64,000 bases of DNA from Guillardia theta CCMP2712 (lineage: Eukaryota; Protista; Cryptophyta), in assembly GCF_000315625.1 (NCBI RefSeq), contig NW_005434570.1, positions 11,413-75,412 of the forward strand, read 5' to 3'. Made by a program: the position numbers and the translations under genes. Positions 1 through 12,126 of the stretch are shown piece by piece; the stretch's first letter is position 1, and every line of letters begins with the position of its first letter. The notes under the pieces are model-generated. The model was not told the origin of the DNA, did not search any database, and was given only the letters and a program-made list of their open reading frames with translations.

Positions 1-720
1 AGGGAAGGAGGAGTGGGGGTGCGAGGGAAGGGGAGGGAAGGGAGGGCATACAAAGGTGAAGCGCGAGCGGACGCCTCCACAGATGGGTACGCCTCCTCTC
101 TCCTTCATCCCCTTGGTGAACATTGTGATGCCGACGCAGCGGTCACACCTGCAGGTGGGTCAGCAGGAAGAACCGGCTAGCTCCTTGGTTGCTACCATGG
201 CATGTCGCCGGGGTCTTTGCTCGGCTTCTCCCTACGGAACCCCTCGGGTGCCTCACCCTGCCACCATGATGAGCTCGCAATGCAGGCCGGCAGAGCAGAG
301 CGGCACCATCCGATGCTCCTCCTTGCCATGCGATTGCATCCGATCCGAGCTTCTGAAGCCATGGGGTCAAGAGCGTCGCATACTGTTGGGGGAACTCACG
401 ATGACTCCACGTGCTTGTCGTTTGAAGACATCTCTGCCCCTGTACTTCTCGGCAGCAGATCCACACCTCTGCCAAAAATTTCAGAGGGAGGCAACCGACT
501 GAGCAAACAGGCAGGATAAGCAATGACATTCAACGATGCCCTGACTATCTCCAACAGTTGCTCGCACACTATTGTAACACATCAACTCTTGATGATGATT
601 CAGACAACCAACAACCTCATTCTCAACTGTGTACTGAGTAAAGGTGTACTGACAGGGCGGCAATCCTTGCATGCAGGTCATAGCTCCATTCACTACCGCT
701 TCTTCCACCTCATACCCCCC
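1..720 (-). CDS. Partial multi-exon hypothetical protein (runs off window start)
   Basis: Spliceable minus-strand exon fragments (EHRMVPLCSAGLHCELIMVAG|CDRCVGITMFTKG...; YEVEEAVVNGAMTCMQG) with GT/AG ends; no family recognised. Confidence 0.3.
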
Positions 721-904
721 TAGCACTACTCCATCATGATCTATCAATTCTAAGCCACATGAACTCGTCTCATCTCACCTGAGTGACCTATCACATCACC
801 CCCTCTGCTCTCCCCCCCCTTCCCCTACCTCACATCATTTCCTCTCCTCTCCCAACCTCTACCCTTGCATCCCTCTGGCAATCTCTCTACTCCAGTCCCT
901 TCTC

Positions 905-1210
905 CTCTGGCCACTCCACTCCTCTCCTCTCCTCTCCTCTCCTCTCCTCTCCTCTCCTCTCCTCTCCTCTCCTCTCCTCTCCTCTCCTCTCCTCTCCTCT
1001 CTCCTCCTCTCCTCTCCTCTCCTCTCCTCCTCCTCTCCTCTCCTCTCCTCTCCACTCCACTCCTCTCCTCTCCTCTCCACTCCTCTCCACTCCTCTCCTC
1101 TCCACTCCTCTCCTCTCCTCGCCTCTTCCACTTCCACCACCTCCAATTCCTCCTCCTTGCCTTTTTCCTTCCTCCTCCTCCTCCTCCTCCTCCTCCTCCT
1201 CCTCCCTCCT
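905..1210. repeat. (CTCCT)n pentamer / (CCT)n microsatellite tract
   Basis: Direct tandem repeats visible. Confidence 0.95.
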
Positions 1211-1279
1211 CACACTCCTCCTTCGTCCCCTCTCCTCTTGACACCACCCATCTCACAGGCGTATTTGTGCAACTCCACT

Positions 1280-1379
1280 NNNNNNNNNNNNNNNNNNNNN
1301 NNNNNNNNNNNNNNNNNNNNNNNNNNNNNNNNNNNNNNNNNNNNNNNNNNNNNNNNNNNNNNNNNNNNNNNNNNNNNNN
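1280..1379. other. Assembly gap (100 N)
   Basis: Run of n. Confidence 1.
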
Positions 1380-2163
1380 TCCTCTCCTCCCCGCCCCCTT
1401 CCCTCTCCTCCCTGCATGCCTCTAGCTCTAGCGTGTACCACATCCCCTCCATTGCTCTCCCTTGACTGAGTCCGCCGGGCCCGGGCCACCGACCCGGCCC
1501 TCTGGTTTTACACTGAGATTAAATTTTTTTGGTCGAGCCTTATTGTTTTGGCCTCTTTTTTTCCTTTGGTGTGCAAGCGCCATGCTTGTCGTCCCCCTAT
1601 CGCTCCTCCTCCTCCGCCCCTACTGCCGCTGTCCGCCAGCACTCCCGCCCCTCTCCAGACCTGCTTCTTGTAGCACGTGCTAACATGGTTCTTCCCGCCT
1701 CTGCTCGTGATGGGGCTGCTATGGTCGTGTCGAGGAGGGAAAGGGGGACGTGCTGTTAACATTGCCCGTGACTGTGCTGCGGGTCAGACAGTGTTGCCTG
1801 AGAGGAGGAATGGTGAAATGTGCGTGGGTAGTGGGGCTTGATCAGAAAAGATGAAATAATGCCGGTGAAGATGCGTGATTGCAAACAAAACTCAGGACCT
1901 GGTGCTCGGAAGAAAAGTTGTGTGTGTAGATTGTTAGGTTTTCCAATCCTGGACAATTTGTGTCATGAGATGCTCGTAGTTACCGATAGATGATAGAAGA
2001 CAAGCTTACCAGCTTGATGTCAGTTGCCATGTTGACATTCTGCTGTCTTTCTGCAGCATTCTTTGCCCCCGCCTTTGTCTCGCGATCAATTTTGATTGAA
2101 TTTGAGAGGAGGGGCGTTGAACCCATACAGTACTAAGAGCACGCTGACTCGTTTCTCTCCAGC

Positions 2164-2832
2164 ATGTTCAAGGTCAAGCTCTTCTGCGATAGAGACTCTC
2201 TCAAACCACGGCAAGAAGTCGAGTGCTCGGACGAGGCTCTGAGCTGCTCCACTACCCCTGACTCCTCCCTGGACCCGACGGTCAACCCGGATGGCCTCCG
2301 CCATGCTCACAAACGCGGCCCCAAGGGACTTGTGAACCAGAGCAGCCGGCGAGACTTCTCGGAGCTCCCCTTCGATGACTCGGCGGCAGCTGAGTGCCTG
2401 CTGGACCTCAGCAGCAGCGAGCAGGACATGAGCGACAGCGAACAAGAGGCTGGCAGGCAGGGGGAGTTGTGGCTGCCGGAGGGAGGGCTGTACGAGGCCC
2501 TTTATAACGGCATCACGACGCAGAGCTCGGTAGAGTACATGAAGGATGCATGAGTTGGAGGATGATATTGTTGGACCTTGGATGTTCTTTCTTGACGATG
2601 TCAAGTTCGACATGTTTGTTTCATGTTGTTGTTCGCAATGACTCCGATGTCATCAGTTGTCTAACCAGTTCCGGTGTTGCAGGAGAAACGCAAAGAACAC
2701 CCGGGTGAGATTGCCATAGAAGGACTGATGGAGCTCTGGGAATCCGTGGAGAACGACAGGATCATTCAGGAACTTTGCCAAGCTGCAAGCGTTGCAGCCG
2801 ACGGCTGCTTGGAACATGATCAGAAGGACTAA
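2164..2832 (+). CDS. Hypothetical acidic protein, exon structure uncertain
   Basis: GC3-rich ORF 2164-2553 plus a plausible terminal exon after a CAG acceptor (EKRKEHPGEIAIEGLMELW...KD*, stop 2830-2832); the join between them is unresolved. Confidence 0.35.
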
Positions 2833-3003
2833 TGAGAGACGTGAAATATCCATGAATGTTGTATAGCGAGTGAACCGTTGATGTGTGATAAAAATAAGTC
2901 ATTTTCATTCTTGCAAACTCGCATCCCACAGCAACTGGGGATTGAGTGAACAGCTTGTTCCTCTCGTAGATACGGGAAACAGCAGTGTCCTGTCTCAGCT
3001 CGT

Positions 3004-4432
3004 CTACTTGAAGTTCATGATGCGGGTGAACTTGGCTGGATCTAGTGAGGCTCCTCCAACCAAGCAACCTGGTAAGAACTATCACCACACCTTGATGGCA
3101 CCGCCACCATGTCCCTCACCATCGATGTCAGGCTTGGACATGAGCTCGTCGACAGAGTCAGGGGTAACTGATCCACCGTACTGCAAGCCAAGTGTCAGGT
3201 CTCAAGGTGCATAGCGGCAAGACCTCACCTGGATTCTAATTGTGTCAGCAGTTTCCTGGTCGTACATGTTTGCTAGCCATCCCCTGATAAACTTATGAAC
3301 ATCCTGTGAAGAATCATCAGGTGAGAAAACCAACAAGAGATTCGCATAAATGCAAAAGAGGAGAGAGGCAAACGAACAGAGGGGCAATCTAGTGCTGCGA
3401 AGGAGGAGGGAACAAGATCAAGAGGTAAACAGGAAGACAAGAAGGGACAGAAGGGGAGGAGAAACTGAAAAAGATAACCAACCTGTGCCACGCTGGCATC
3501 GCAAACGAGTCCAGTTCCGATGGCCCAGACTGGTTCATATGCTATGGTGACTTTCTTTGCATCCTCCTTGGACACACCCTTCAATCCCTTCGCTAGCTGA
3601 TAGAAGCTTCAGTGAGCGACAAATAACATTCTTCAGTGCAACGTGAAACACCTGTATAGCACAGATCTGGGTGTTCAATCCACTTTCATACTCTTCCTAA
3701 AAATCCAAGAAAGTAAGACTCTCTCATAGTCACACATCGCCCTCCTCTTGCCTTGGTCTCCCCAACGCACAAGATAGGCAGCATGTTGTCGGCAAGGACC
3801 TTGTGGATCTGCCATGGGTGGTCACGAGCTTCACCGGCCCCGCAGAATTCATCTCACGATCTGGTTGACCATCTCGTCCGTCTGATGGAAGACAGTACGA
3901 CGCTCACTATGGCCAACAATGACATGCTTTGCTCCAACGCTCTGCCAATGAGAAATTTCACTATCCGCCTCCACGTCAGCACTGCAGCCCTCTCACCCTG
4001 ATCATAGAGGTGGAGGTGGCCCCCGTGTATGCTCCCTTCTGCTCAAAGTAGCAGGCCTGAGCCCCAAGATCGATTCCTCCCTTGTCCAGGTGAGGCTTGC
4101 AAGCTGCCAAGAACGGGTGGGGAGTGCAGATAGCTACTTGAGCCTTAGAGCTCCCCTTGCCGTCCGCGATGGCCTTCGCCAGGCTGATGGCCTGAGAGTA
4201 GAGGGTCAAACATGGAATCATTTGCATCGATGACGACCTCTTCCACTGAGGTAGGATTCATCTTCCAATTCCCCGCAATGAAAGGAACGCGAGCGGCCAT
4301 GGTCAGGTCCAAGGGAGTGGACGCAGCACGGAGCGATGGCGCCTTGTTGCCCCCCTTGCCCGCAAGAGGGCCAAACGAGGGCGCAAAGCCATACGCTACC
4401 GCGGGCGATGCTACTAAGAGAAAGTACTTCAT
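3004..4432 (-). CDS. TPI: Triosephosphate isomerase, plastid-targeted, multi-exon
   Basis: Motifs IAGNWKMN, VGHSERR, IAYEPVWAIGTG, YGGSV and GCLVGGASL across short GT-AG introns; N-terminus MKYFLLVASPAVAYG-FAP is a signal peptide plus Phe-starting transit peptide. Confidence 0.97.
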
Positions 4433-5384
4433 GCTCCACATCCTGTTTAGGCCTGCGACCAACTGTCAATCCCAACGCCTCTTGTTTCATCCAGATGGTC
4501 GAAAATGCATATTTGGCCAGCAGTGTTTGTGTAATCATGTTGAAGAAGCGTTTTGGGATTACTATTCATCCTATAAAAGTGAAGGATGCTGATCTGTCTC
4601 TGAAAATGCTTTCTGTTCAGTTCTTTACAAAGATCCTCCTAAACCAGTGTAAAGTGCCAGAAAACTCTCTCACTACCCCACATTCGTCAAAATCATTCGC
4701 AAGAAAGCAGCTTAATGTCAACCATGATTGTTCGGTACGAACATGCTCGATCCTGACCATCTCATGGCTGATTCCATCTTTCGCCACCCCCATCCCCATT
4801 CCCTATCCCCCACTATCTTGTGCCAGCATGCAGCGGCCGCGGCGCTTACAACTACCCCACCCACAAAGCCAAAAGATAATAAGTCTAAAATAACCCGGTA
4901 GTCACCTAAAGGCATTAAGTAGATCGGGCTGACTACCACCCCTCCTTTTGATAGATCACTACCGGTACTCTCTATCCCTCTACAGTATGACCCACATGAT
5001 ACCACCACCGACCCATATCACCCTACCCACCACCTTGTAAAGCTGGGTCATCATTCTGATCCCGTCCTTTAGGCCACCCCGATCAGCAGTCTCTAAGGGT
5101 ACCATTCAGCTTCGATATATTTCGTATATTGCAATAAGTAATTTTGTATATCCTACATACCTGAGTTCACAAGATCTAAACACCCTTGCACCTCACTGTA
5201 ACAACCGGTGAACAAGGCGTACCACCCATACACGAGTGATGGGCATGATCTACCCCCAGGCATGACACCACCCTACCTGGTGGTCACCCCACCTTCCAAA
5301 CTGAGAGGTGTTCACGGGGTACAAAAGAATGAAAAAATGCACCCCACCCCCCTTTCAATGGAATTCAAGCCAGTGGTTCGTCGG

Positions 5385-5975
5385 TCCGGCGACCGTACGG
5401 CCGGGGCGGCACTGCCGCAGTGCCGCACACTGCGGCCCGGGCCGACGGCGGGCCCGGCCGGGGCCGCGGCCGGGCGCGGCCCGTGACTCAGCCAGATCCG
5501 ACGCCGGGGGCAGTCACGCCTGACTCCGCCGGGAGTCCCGGACTCAGGCTCACCCGGGCCCGGCCCGGCCCGGGGAGCCTGTGACGCCGGACGGCGGACG
5601 CCGGTCCTGGACTCGGGACTCCCGGAGCCTCGGACTGGCAGGCTGCCAGTGCTGGGCGGACTCCCGGACCGTGACGCCGGATCGGACGGCGGAACCAGGC
5701 TTTCCGACACCGGCGAGCCGGGCCTCGGTCTCCGAATCGCGGCCGCATCATCATCATCCGGCATCGGATGGCGGCATCATCGGACTGCCTCGGATCCGAT
5801 CGGCGAACCGAATTGAAACCGCCGCTCAGTCCGAGTCCGCCCGGGCCACCCCGGCCCGGCGGCCCCGGGCCGCCGCCGGGGCCCGCCGCGGCGCCGGGCA
5901 AAGCGGCCGGCGGCTGGCCCGGACGACGACAAAGCCAGCCGCTGAGCCAAGTTCAAAATCTGTAGCCACCGGTTC
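5385..5975. other. CCGG-rich intergenic island 1
   Basis: Very GC-rich; dense CCGG/GGCC plus GCCGCAGTG, CGGATCCGATCGG, CATCATCAT, AAGTTCAA words. Confidence 0.8.
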
Positions 5976-8468
5976 GCTTTGGTTTCAGGTACTGGGTGAG
6001 CTGTAAAATAATGGGCCAAGGTAGGGTAGTGACCCACACCCTCCCTGATCTCAGTCGCATGTTGGGTACTTGCGCCGTGACTCACGATCGATCTTGAGAT
6101 TGTTCTATACCTCTGTTTCTTGTTTATTACCGGTAGTTAGTCGCAAGTGTCACGGGTTGATGCCTTGGTTTTTCCCTTATCCTTCTTCTACTATTGTCTC
6201 TTCTAATGAATGCTTGACCTGCATACCAAAGGGCTTCATATGTATTGATTGAGTTCTCACCGAGGGGTAGGGTCTGAACTCTCGGCTCTAACTATAGGAG
6301 CATTTTCTCGCAGTGTGCTTCGAAACTCTGCGGTATCGGAACGCTTGAAAATCTGCCCGGAGATCCGGAGAGCACAAAGCAAAACTGAGTCTAAATTTGA
6401 TGCGCTGTTTAGAAGGAGGAATGTAACAACAGACAGAAGAAGGTCACTCTGTCAGCTTGCCCCTGCACGAGGAAGGAATAGCCTTGATTTCAGTCCACCG
6501 CTGACCAGCCGCATCGCAGAAATAGACGACAATGCATCTCTTGATACTTTCAGTCATGAGGTGCTGATCGAAAAAGAATCGTTTGGGCATCTTGGCGCCC
6601 CGATGACTGTCACGGCCCATCGGAAACCATTTTAAAAAAGGAGACCACCCCCTAAACACCCACATTCTGCAAGGGACCCCTGCAGAGTGGTTGATCGGCA
6701 TGACCTTGTCAAGGCAACCCACGGCGGACAGCTTTCTTATCATGCACCCCTCCTATTACGAGGATTCTTTAGGAAATTGTAGGGTAGTACGTTTCCGATG
6801 GGGGTAGGTAGGTGGAGATCTCGATTTGGATGACTCTATGAACATGTTACATTGTTGTAATTCAAAAACAGATTTAGTAGCCTTGGGTGTAGTCATGGAT
6901 ACGAGAGGTAGGGTCCTGAATGTTCCAGGGGGTAGGCTTTCTTCGTATTGTCCTTGAAATGTACCCAGGCTCAAACGAAGATTCCTGGTAAAAGACTATG
7001 GTGGGGTAGTCTATCAACATCAAGAGACTCATCATGCCTGCACACCACGGGTGGGTGAGTAGATGGAACGGGCTTGAACTTGGGTCCTCTGCAAGTCGAC
7101 TTGGTGATTTTTAACCTTCGTATACCGGGGTGGGTAGGGGACAATCAGGGGTGGAGGTACATGGACAGACCCCCACAGGAACCTGAGTACGTCGTTGATG
7201 GATAGGTAGGGGTAGGTAGTTTTGGAGGGTACCCACGAGGGACTCTGACAACTTGAGAGGAATACACGGGTACCCTCCAACATGTCCGAGGGTTGCAAGT
7301 CCAGGACGACTTTCCCTCCTGTAAAAGAACCGGTGGGGGTAAAATTGTTGTGTCAGGGCTAGGGGTAGCAGCAGCTGTAAAACTTCAGGGTGGGGTGCTT
7401 TCAGCGGGATTTACAAGAACCAGTACAGAGGGTGGGGTAGTAGTTGTTGGGTATTTCTACTAGTACTTTTTGGATTTGACCATCAGTTGACCATCGCGTT
7501 TGGCTGGATTTGGTTGCGGATCCGGGGTTCGATCGAGGACCCCTCACAGAATTTCTCTTTGTGAGTAGGGTAGGGGTACAGTGTGTAGACTTTGGATCCC
7601 TCCGTGGGGTAGGGCTGTTCTTCTCACTCAATGGGTGGTACCTCGATGGGGTGCTCACAACTAGGACGGGTAGCCCAGAGTACCCTTTGATTCCCAGATG
7701 TTTTCAGGGAAACTGACCCATCACATTCTAGAACTGTCATGGAAATATTGACAAGAATGGGGTGGGTCCACACTCAGACTCAGGGCATCAGTGGGGTGCA
7801 AGAGCGGTATGTTGGGGTGCACTGCCCGGCGGGGCACACACACTACACGGTGGAAAAGGGTGGGGTGGTCTTAATTATCTTCTTTTTAAAACCTTTTAGG
7901 GAACATCGTCTCTTTAAGGCCAGTTTGCATCTAAAAACCTGTTTTAATTAAAAATATAGGGTCTTAAAAACATCGACGCCTACCCACCCCGTTCAATTCA
8001 AACAAATCAGCCTTCTCCTGGTACTAATTGAGTACCCCCCACCCCCAAGTGGTTCCCCTACTTCTCCCATATGTTCCCCTCCTTGCAAACCCCCGACATC
8101 ATTGCGTTCTCCTCCTGAAGCTTGCACCCCATCTCCGTCCGCCGCCCCCTCCCCCTCCCCCTCCTCGGCCTCCGCCTTCCATCTTTCCTGCCTCCTTGAA
8201 CCATCACCTGCCTCCACCTCCTCTGATCTCCTCGTGCCTCTCCACTTGCTGCTCTATCCACCTTGCAGCTTGTACTCGTTCTCTTTCCTCTGACTAGTTC
8301 TTCCCTGATCCCCCTCCTCCTGCTTATCCCGGCGTGCCATACCTTTGCCCCCTCTTGATCTGCCTGGGTTCCAAGAATACTGCATTCCGTGCAACTTATA
8401 GCTATCTCGTTCGATAGCGCCGGCTGAATCCCCCATCCGCCTCAGTTACTCACAGAAGAAGGCCCAAT

Positions 8469-9368
8469 ATGTCCACGGACATGATTAGCCTCCATATCCC
8501 CGAAGGCAAGGAGATGGAGGATCTCACCTTGAGGAAACGCCTCTCAAACCTCTGGAGCAGCGGCTCTTTCGAGCTCTCCCGCATGTCTTGCATGCACGGA
8601 AGCGGATCCTTCGACTTCCTCTCGTTGCCCCTGGACGAGGGGTCCTTCCCCGCGGTGACGGATGATCTACAGCACGAAGACGACAAGGACGTGATGGAGC
8701 AGGAGATCTTCGTCGAGAAGCTGTTCTGCCCGTCCCCACCTCTGTTCCCCGAGTCTACCTCCGAGGAGGACAACGATGGGTTCATGGATGATGAGAGCTA
8801 CGCGCAGTCGAGCGTCGAGCTGACGACCGACGACTTGAACCACAACAGCAACAGCCCGTCCGACGAGGACGATGGCGATGTGGAGGTTGACTGCGCAGAC
8901 GATGAGATTATCTCCGCCTTCATCGGCGTCAACGTGAAGCCCAACGCGAGGAGACGCATGCAGGATCTGCAGAGGCTGTTTTGGAAGCTCAACAAGCGGA
9001 AGGTAATCCAGCTGATCTCGCACGAGGAGGTGAATCAGAACTGCGTGCTGGGCTTCTCGGAGATCCTGGTAGATGACCTTGGCGAGTTCAACTCGTCGAT
9101 CAGGAACCTGGTACTCAAGGACGAGTCTCACTGCTGGCTCATGAATGGGCGCGAAAGCATCAAGGAGCCGACATGGCCTGTCTACGAGATCCTGCGACAG
9201 ATCGGCATCAAGCCTGTCAAGGGCATGCGGGGACCCAAGCACGGGGACCCGGGAAAGCGTGATTTCATGTACTACACCAAGTACGAGTTCTGCAGAGAGC
9301 TCATGCTCAAGAACCGCTGCAGGCTGCAAGCAGGGTTCATCGGGAGAGGGCGAAGAAACTATTTCTGA
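8469..9368 (+). CDS. Intronless hypothetical protein, 299 aa: acidic middle, basic globular C-terminal domain (possible transcription factor)
   Basis: Long ORF with strong GC3 codon bias; D/E-rich region followed by a structured-looking domain. Confidence 0.8.
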   Translation: MSTDMISLHIPEGKEMEDLTLRKRLSNLWSSGSFELSRMSCMHGSGSFDFLSLPLDEGSFPAVTDDLQHEDDKDVMEQEIFVEKLFCPSPPLFPESTSEEDNDGFMDDESYAQSSVELTTDDLNHNSNSPSDEDDGDVEVDCADDEIISAFIGVNVKPNARRRMQDLQRLFWKLNKRKVIQLISHEEVNQNCVLGFSEILVDDLGEFNSSIRNLVLKDESHCWLMNGRESIKEPTWPVYEILRQIGIKPVKGMRGPKHGDPGKRDFMYYTKYEFCRELMLKNRCRLQAGFIGRGRRNYF

Positions 9369-9518
9369 AGGATAGAAGTCACATAACCACTATGACATGT
9401 TTGATTACTTTTTTTCTTTTGGCATTCTATGCTCATTAATAAAACAATTGATAGCATCGATGTCATTCGATTCAACACAAACAAATTTTTCCAAACAGCA
9501 TCATCCAACAACTCCTCC

Positions 9519-10096
9519 TCACACCGCCTCCTTTGGAGGCTGCGGTGGCTCGGGAACTGCAACTTCACTCTTGCCCTGCTCCGCAGTTTCTGATGGTGGA
9601 GCTGGAGCGCTCGGCTCTTCGTTCTTGCCGCTGTCGGAATCGTCCTTGTCCTCGTCGTCTGCTTTTCTCTTCTTCCCCTGCCGCTTCTTCGCTGCAGCCT
9701 GTACAGCAGGAGCGGCCAACACCGGCTGTGCTGCGGCTTGACCTCCCAGAGACTGCAAGGTCATGTAGTGCTGCTGCATTTGCCTCTTGTGCGCTTCCAG
9801 CAGGTTGGCGTCTACTTCAGGAGGAGCGAAGTTGGGGATGCCCTGCATCGCCTTCCTCCTCTTGCCTCGCTGAGTCTGCGCGATGTGCTCAGCCTCCTGC
9901 ATCGCCGAGATGGCATTGACAAGCACGTCAAGCTTGTCACTGTTGACACCCTAGAAGGCAGCTGAGGTAAGCGTATGGGAGGGGAGGGGAGGAGGACGAG
10001 GACCTGCTGAGTGCACTTGAGGCAGAGGCGCCTCCACCTTTCCTTCGACTGATGGCCGGGCCTGCCAGGAACGTGCACCTGACAAGTGTGTGAGTA

Positions 10097-10150
<54 letters not shown>

Positions 10151-12126
10151 GGGAAGGGGGTGGGGGGGTGGGGGAAGGGGTTAGAGGCTGGATGGGTGAA
10201 CCACCACAGGAGTAAGGGAGGGGAGGAAGGGTTCTCACGTGCTTCCAGCGGATATCGATGGAGTTGCTGATTTTTCTTACGATGACCTGCAAGCCCATCA
10301 GCAAGGCTGGGGGAAGAGCTGTGGAGGGGAGGCAGGAACCTGCTGCAGGACCTCCTGGGCGAGCATAAGGTCCTCCTGCGGGGTCCACTTCTTCTGTTGG
10401 GAGTTGTGCCGTCTCATCTTGTCCTCTCTGCTATCATCCTTCTTCTCCGATCCATTCTCATCCTTCTTCTCCGAGCTCACAGCGCTCTCCTCAGTAAGCT
10501 GACCCGACGTCTCAGCCTGCCATTTGTGGATGGCCATAACCCTCCAGCGAGAGCGGCACTGCGAGGCATGTGAGAAGGCAGGAACAGGTCAAAGGAGGTG
10601 AGTCGGCAAGGAGACGAGAGAGAAGAACGGAGAAGAGCAGCAAGCAAACAAGACCTGCTCAGGAGTTCTTCCGGTGATGCATTTCGAGACCTTGATCCAA
10701 GAGACATCAACGTCTCCGTATCCCATCATGTACGCGTTGTTCGTCTTGACCGGCTGGTCCTTACCCTTCATCTCTTGGAGCTGCCAAAGCAACTGAGCTT
10801 TAGGGTGCATGCAGCCTGGAGGAGGATCAGCAACCTGCGCGTTTACAGCTTCTTCAAGCTTGATGCTCTCGTCAGTTGACCACACGCCCTTTTTCTGCAG
10901 CAGCGCCGTCAGCCAGCGATTCACCTCCCTGATCAACTCACAATCTGGTCACCAGAGCCTAGGATTCTATGACGATAGATGTCCTTGCACGAGGCAGCTG
11001 GTCTATTCACTTCTTCGCCGATCAACTTCCACTTGCACTTCATCAAACCGTTAGTGAGAGTGTGGGGCAGTGGCAGGGACTTACTGGAGAGTCCTTGTAC
11101 TGGACAGCTAGTGTTGCGATCTTCTCCATCTCCTCCTGTTGAACCACACATCACTTTCTCCTCTACAACAAACGCTTGACTTGCCGGCGTCCATTGACCG
11201 CGTTTTGTGTCCTGCAGTAGCCTTCGGCCACTAAGGCGCAAGAGGCCAGTCAGCATGCAAAGGGTAGGTGTACCATGCATACCGGTCATAGCACGCCGTC
11301 GGTTTTCTTCTTGGAAGTGCCATGCCAATCTACAATCAATCAGATCCAGTCGCTGCCGTACACGACTCCACACCTCTCTCCAGACGTCTCGAACCCAGTT
11401 CTTCCATGTCTTGTGGTTGGCCTGCAAAAGGAGCACAAGTGAGACACGGCGCCGTCACAATCCAATCGAAAGATTACAGGCACAGGCATGTCGATCTTAT
11501 CGCCCGCAAGCACGGATCGCGCTACTTCAAGGGGGACCTGTAGACCAGTCAAGCTCATCCTTAACCGCTCAAGCTGACCTCATGAACTCTAGCATGCAGA
11601 GAAGAATCCATCGCTTGCATGAGCAGGGCATCCTCTTCGGCAGTGAAGCGTCCAACCACCATCTCCTGTGGCGGTAGGACCGTGAAGGGGTTGACTGGGA
11701 AGACAAAGCTGGCAGTTGGCTGTGCTTCGGTGTTCTTCTTGGGCTTCTTCTCTTTCTTTCCTTTCCCCTCCGTCTTGTCCCCGTCAGCCTGTTCCCAATC
11801 AATCCATTAGCGCTCACGGGCCACATCAGACAGATCGACCTTGGGTTCCTCGGGTATCAGGGAGAAGCAGGACTGTTTGATGAGCTCGGACTTTGAGTTG
11901 ATATCCGCCTCCGTGTACCCCGCGGCCAGGAGATCCTCGCGCACTTGCCGCACAGTCACATCAGCTCCTCGCTGTCGGAGTATCGGCGCGACGATGTTCT
12001 GCACCCCGTCCTGGCTGTCGGGCAGAGCCTTGTCCGAGGCTGCTGGAACGAAATGAGGAGAGCAAAGGGCGGGAGTTGCACAGGAAAACCTGCAGGCTGG
12101 GAGGCGGTCTGAGTTTGTCCTTCCAT
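9519..12126 (-). CDS. Reb1/TTF1/DMTF1-type multi-Myb protein with N-terminal DEK-C-like domain
   Basis: Myb repeats GRFTAEEDALL, KWKLIGEEVNRPAASCKDIYR, KKGVWSTDESIKLEEAV, VSWIKVSKCITGRTPEQ|CRSRW, KKWTPQEDLML...DIRW; N-terminal IVAPILRQRGADVTVRQVREDL...KSELIKQ. Confidence 0.8.
10099..10148. repeat. (TG)n microsatellite, intronic
   Basis: Tandem TG. Confidence 0.95.

Noticed and set aside
783-1489. ORFs of LLSSP/EERRG repeats
   Set aside because: Translations of a microsatellite and an N gap
5312-6085. Pro/Gly/Arg-rich ORFs in the CCGG islands (also 30405-31057, 32547-32925, 38569-39159, 53336-53940)
   Set aside because: Open in many frames only because of high GC; no domain or codon bias
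8667-9329. Long antisense ORFs (also 16764-17546, 51739-52581)
   Set aside because: Shadows of GC3-rich sense genes
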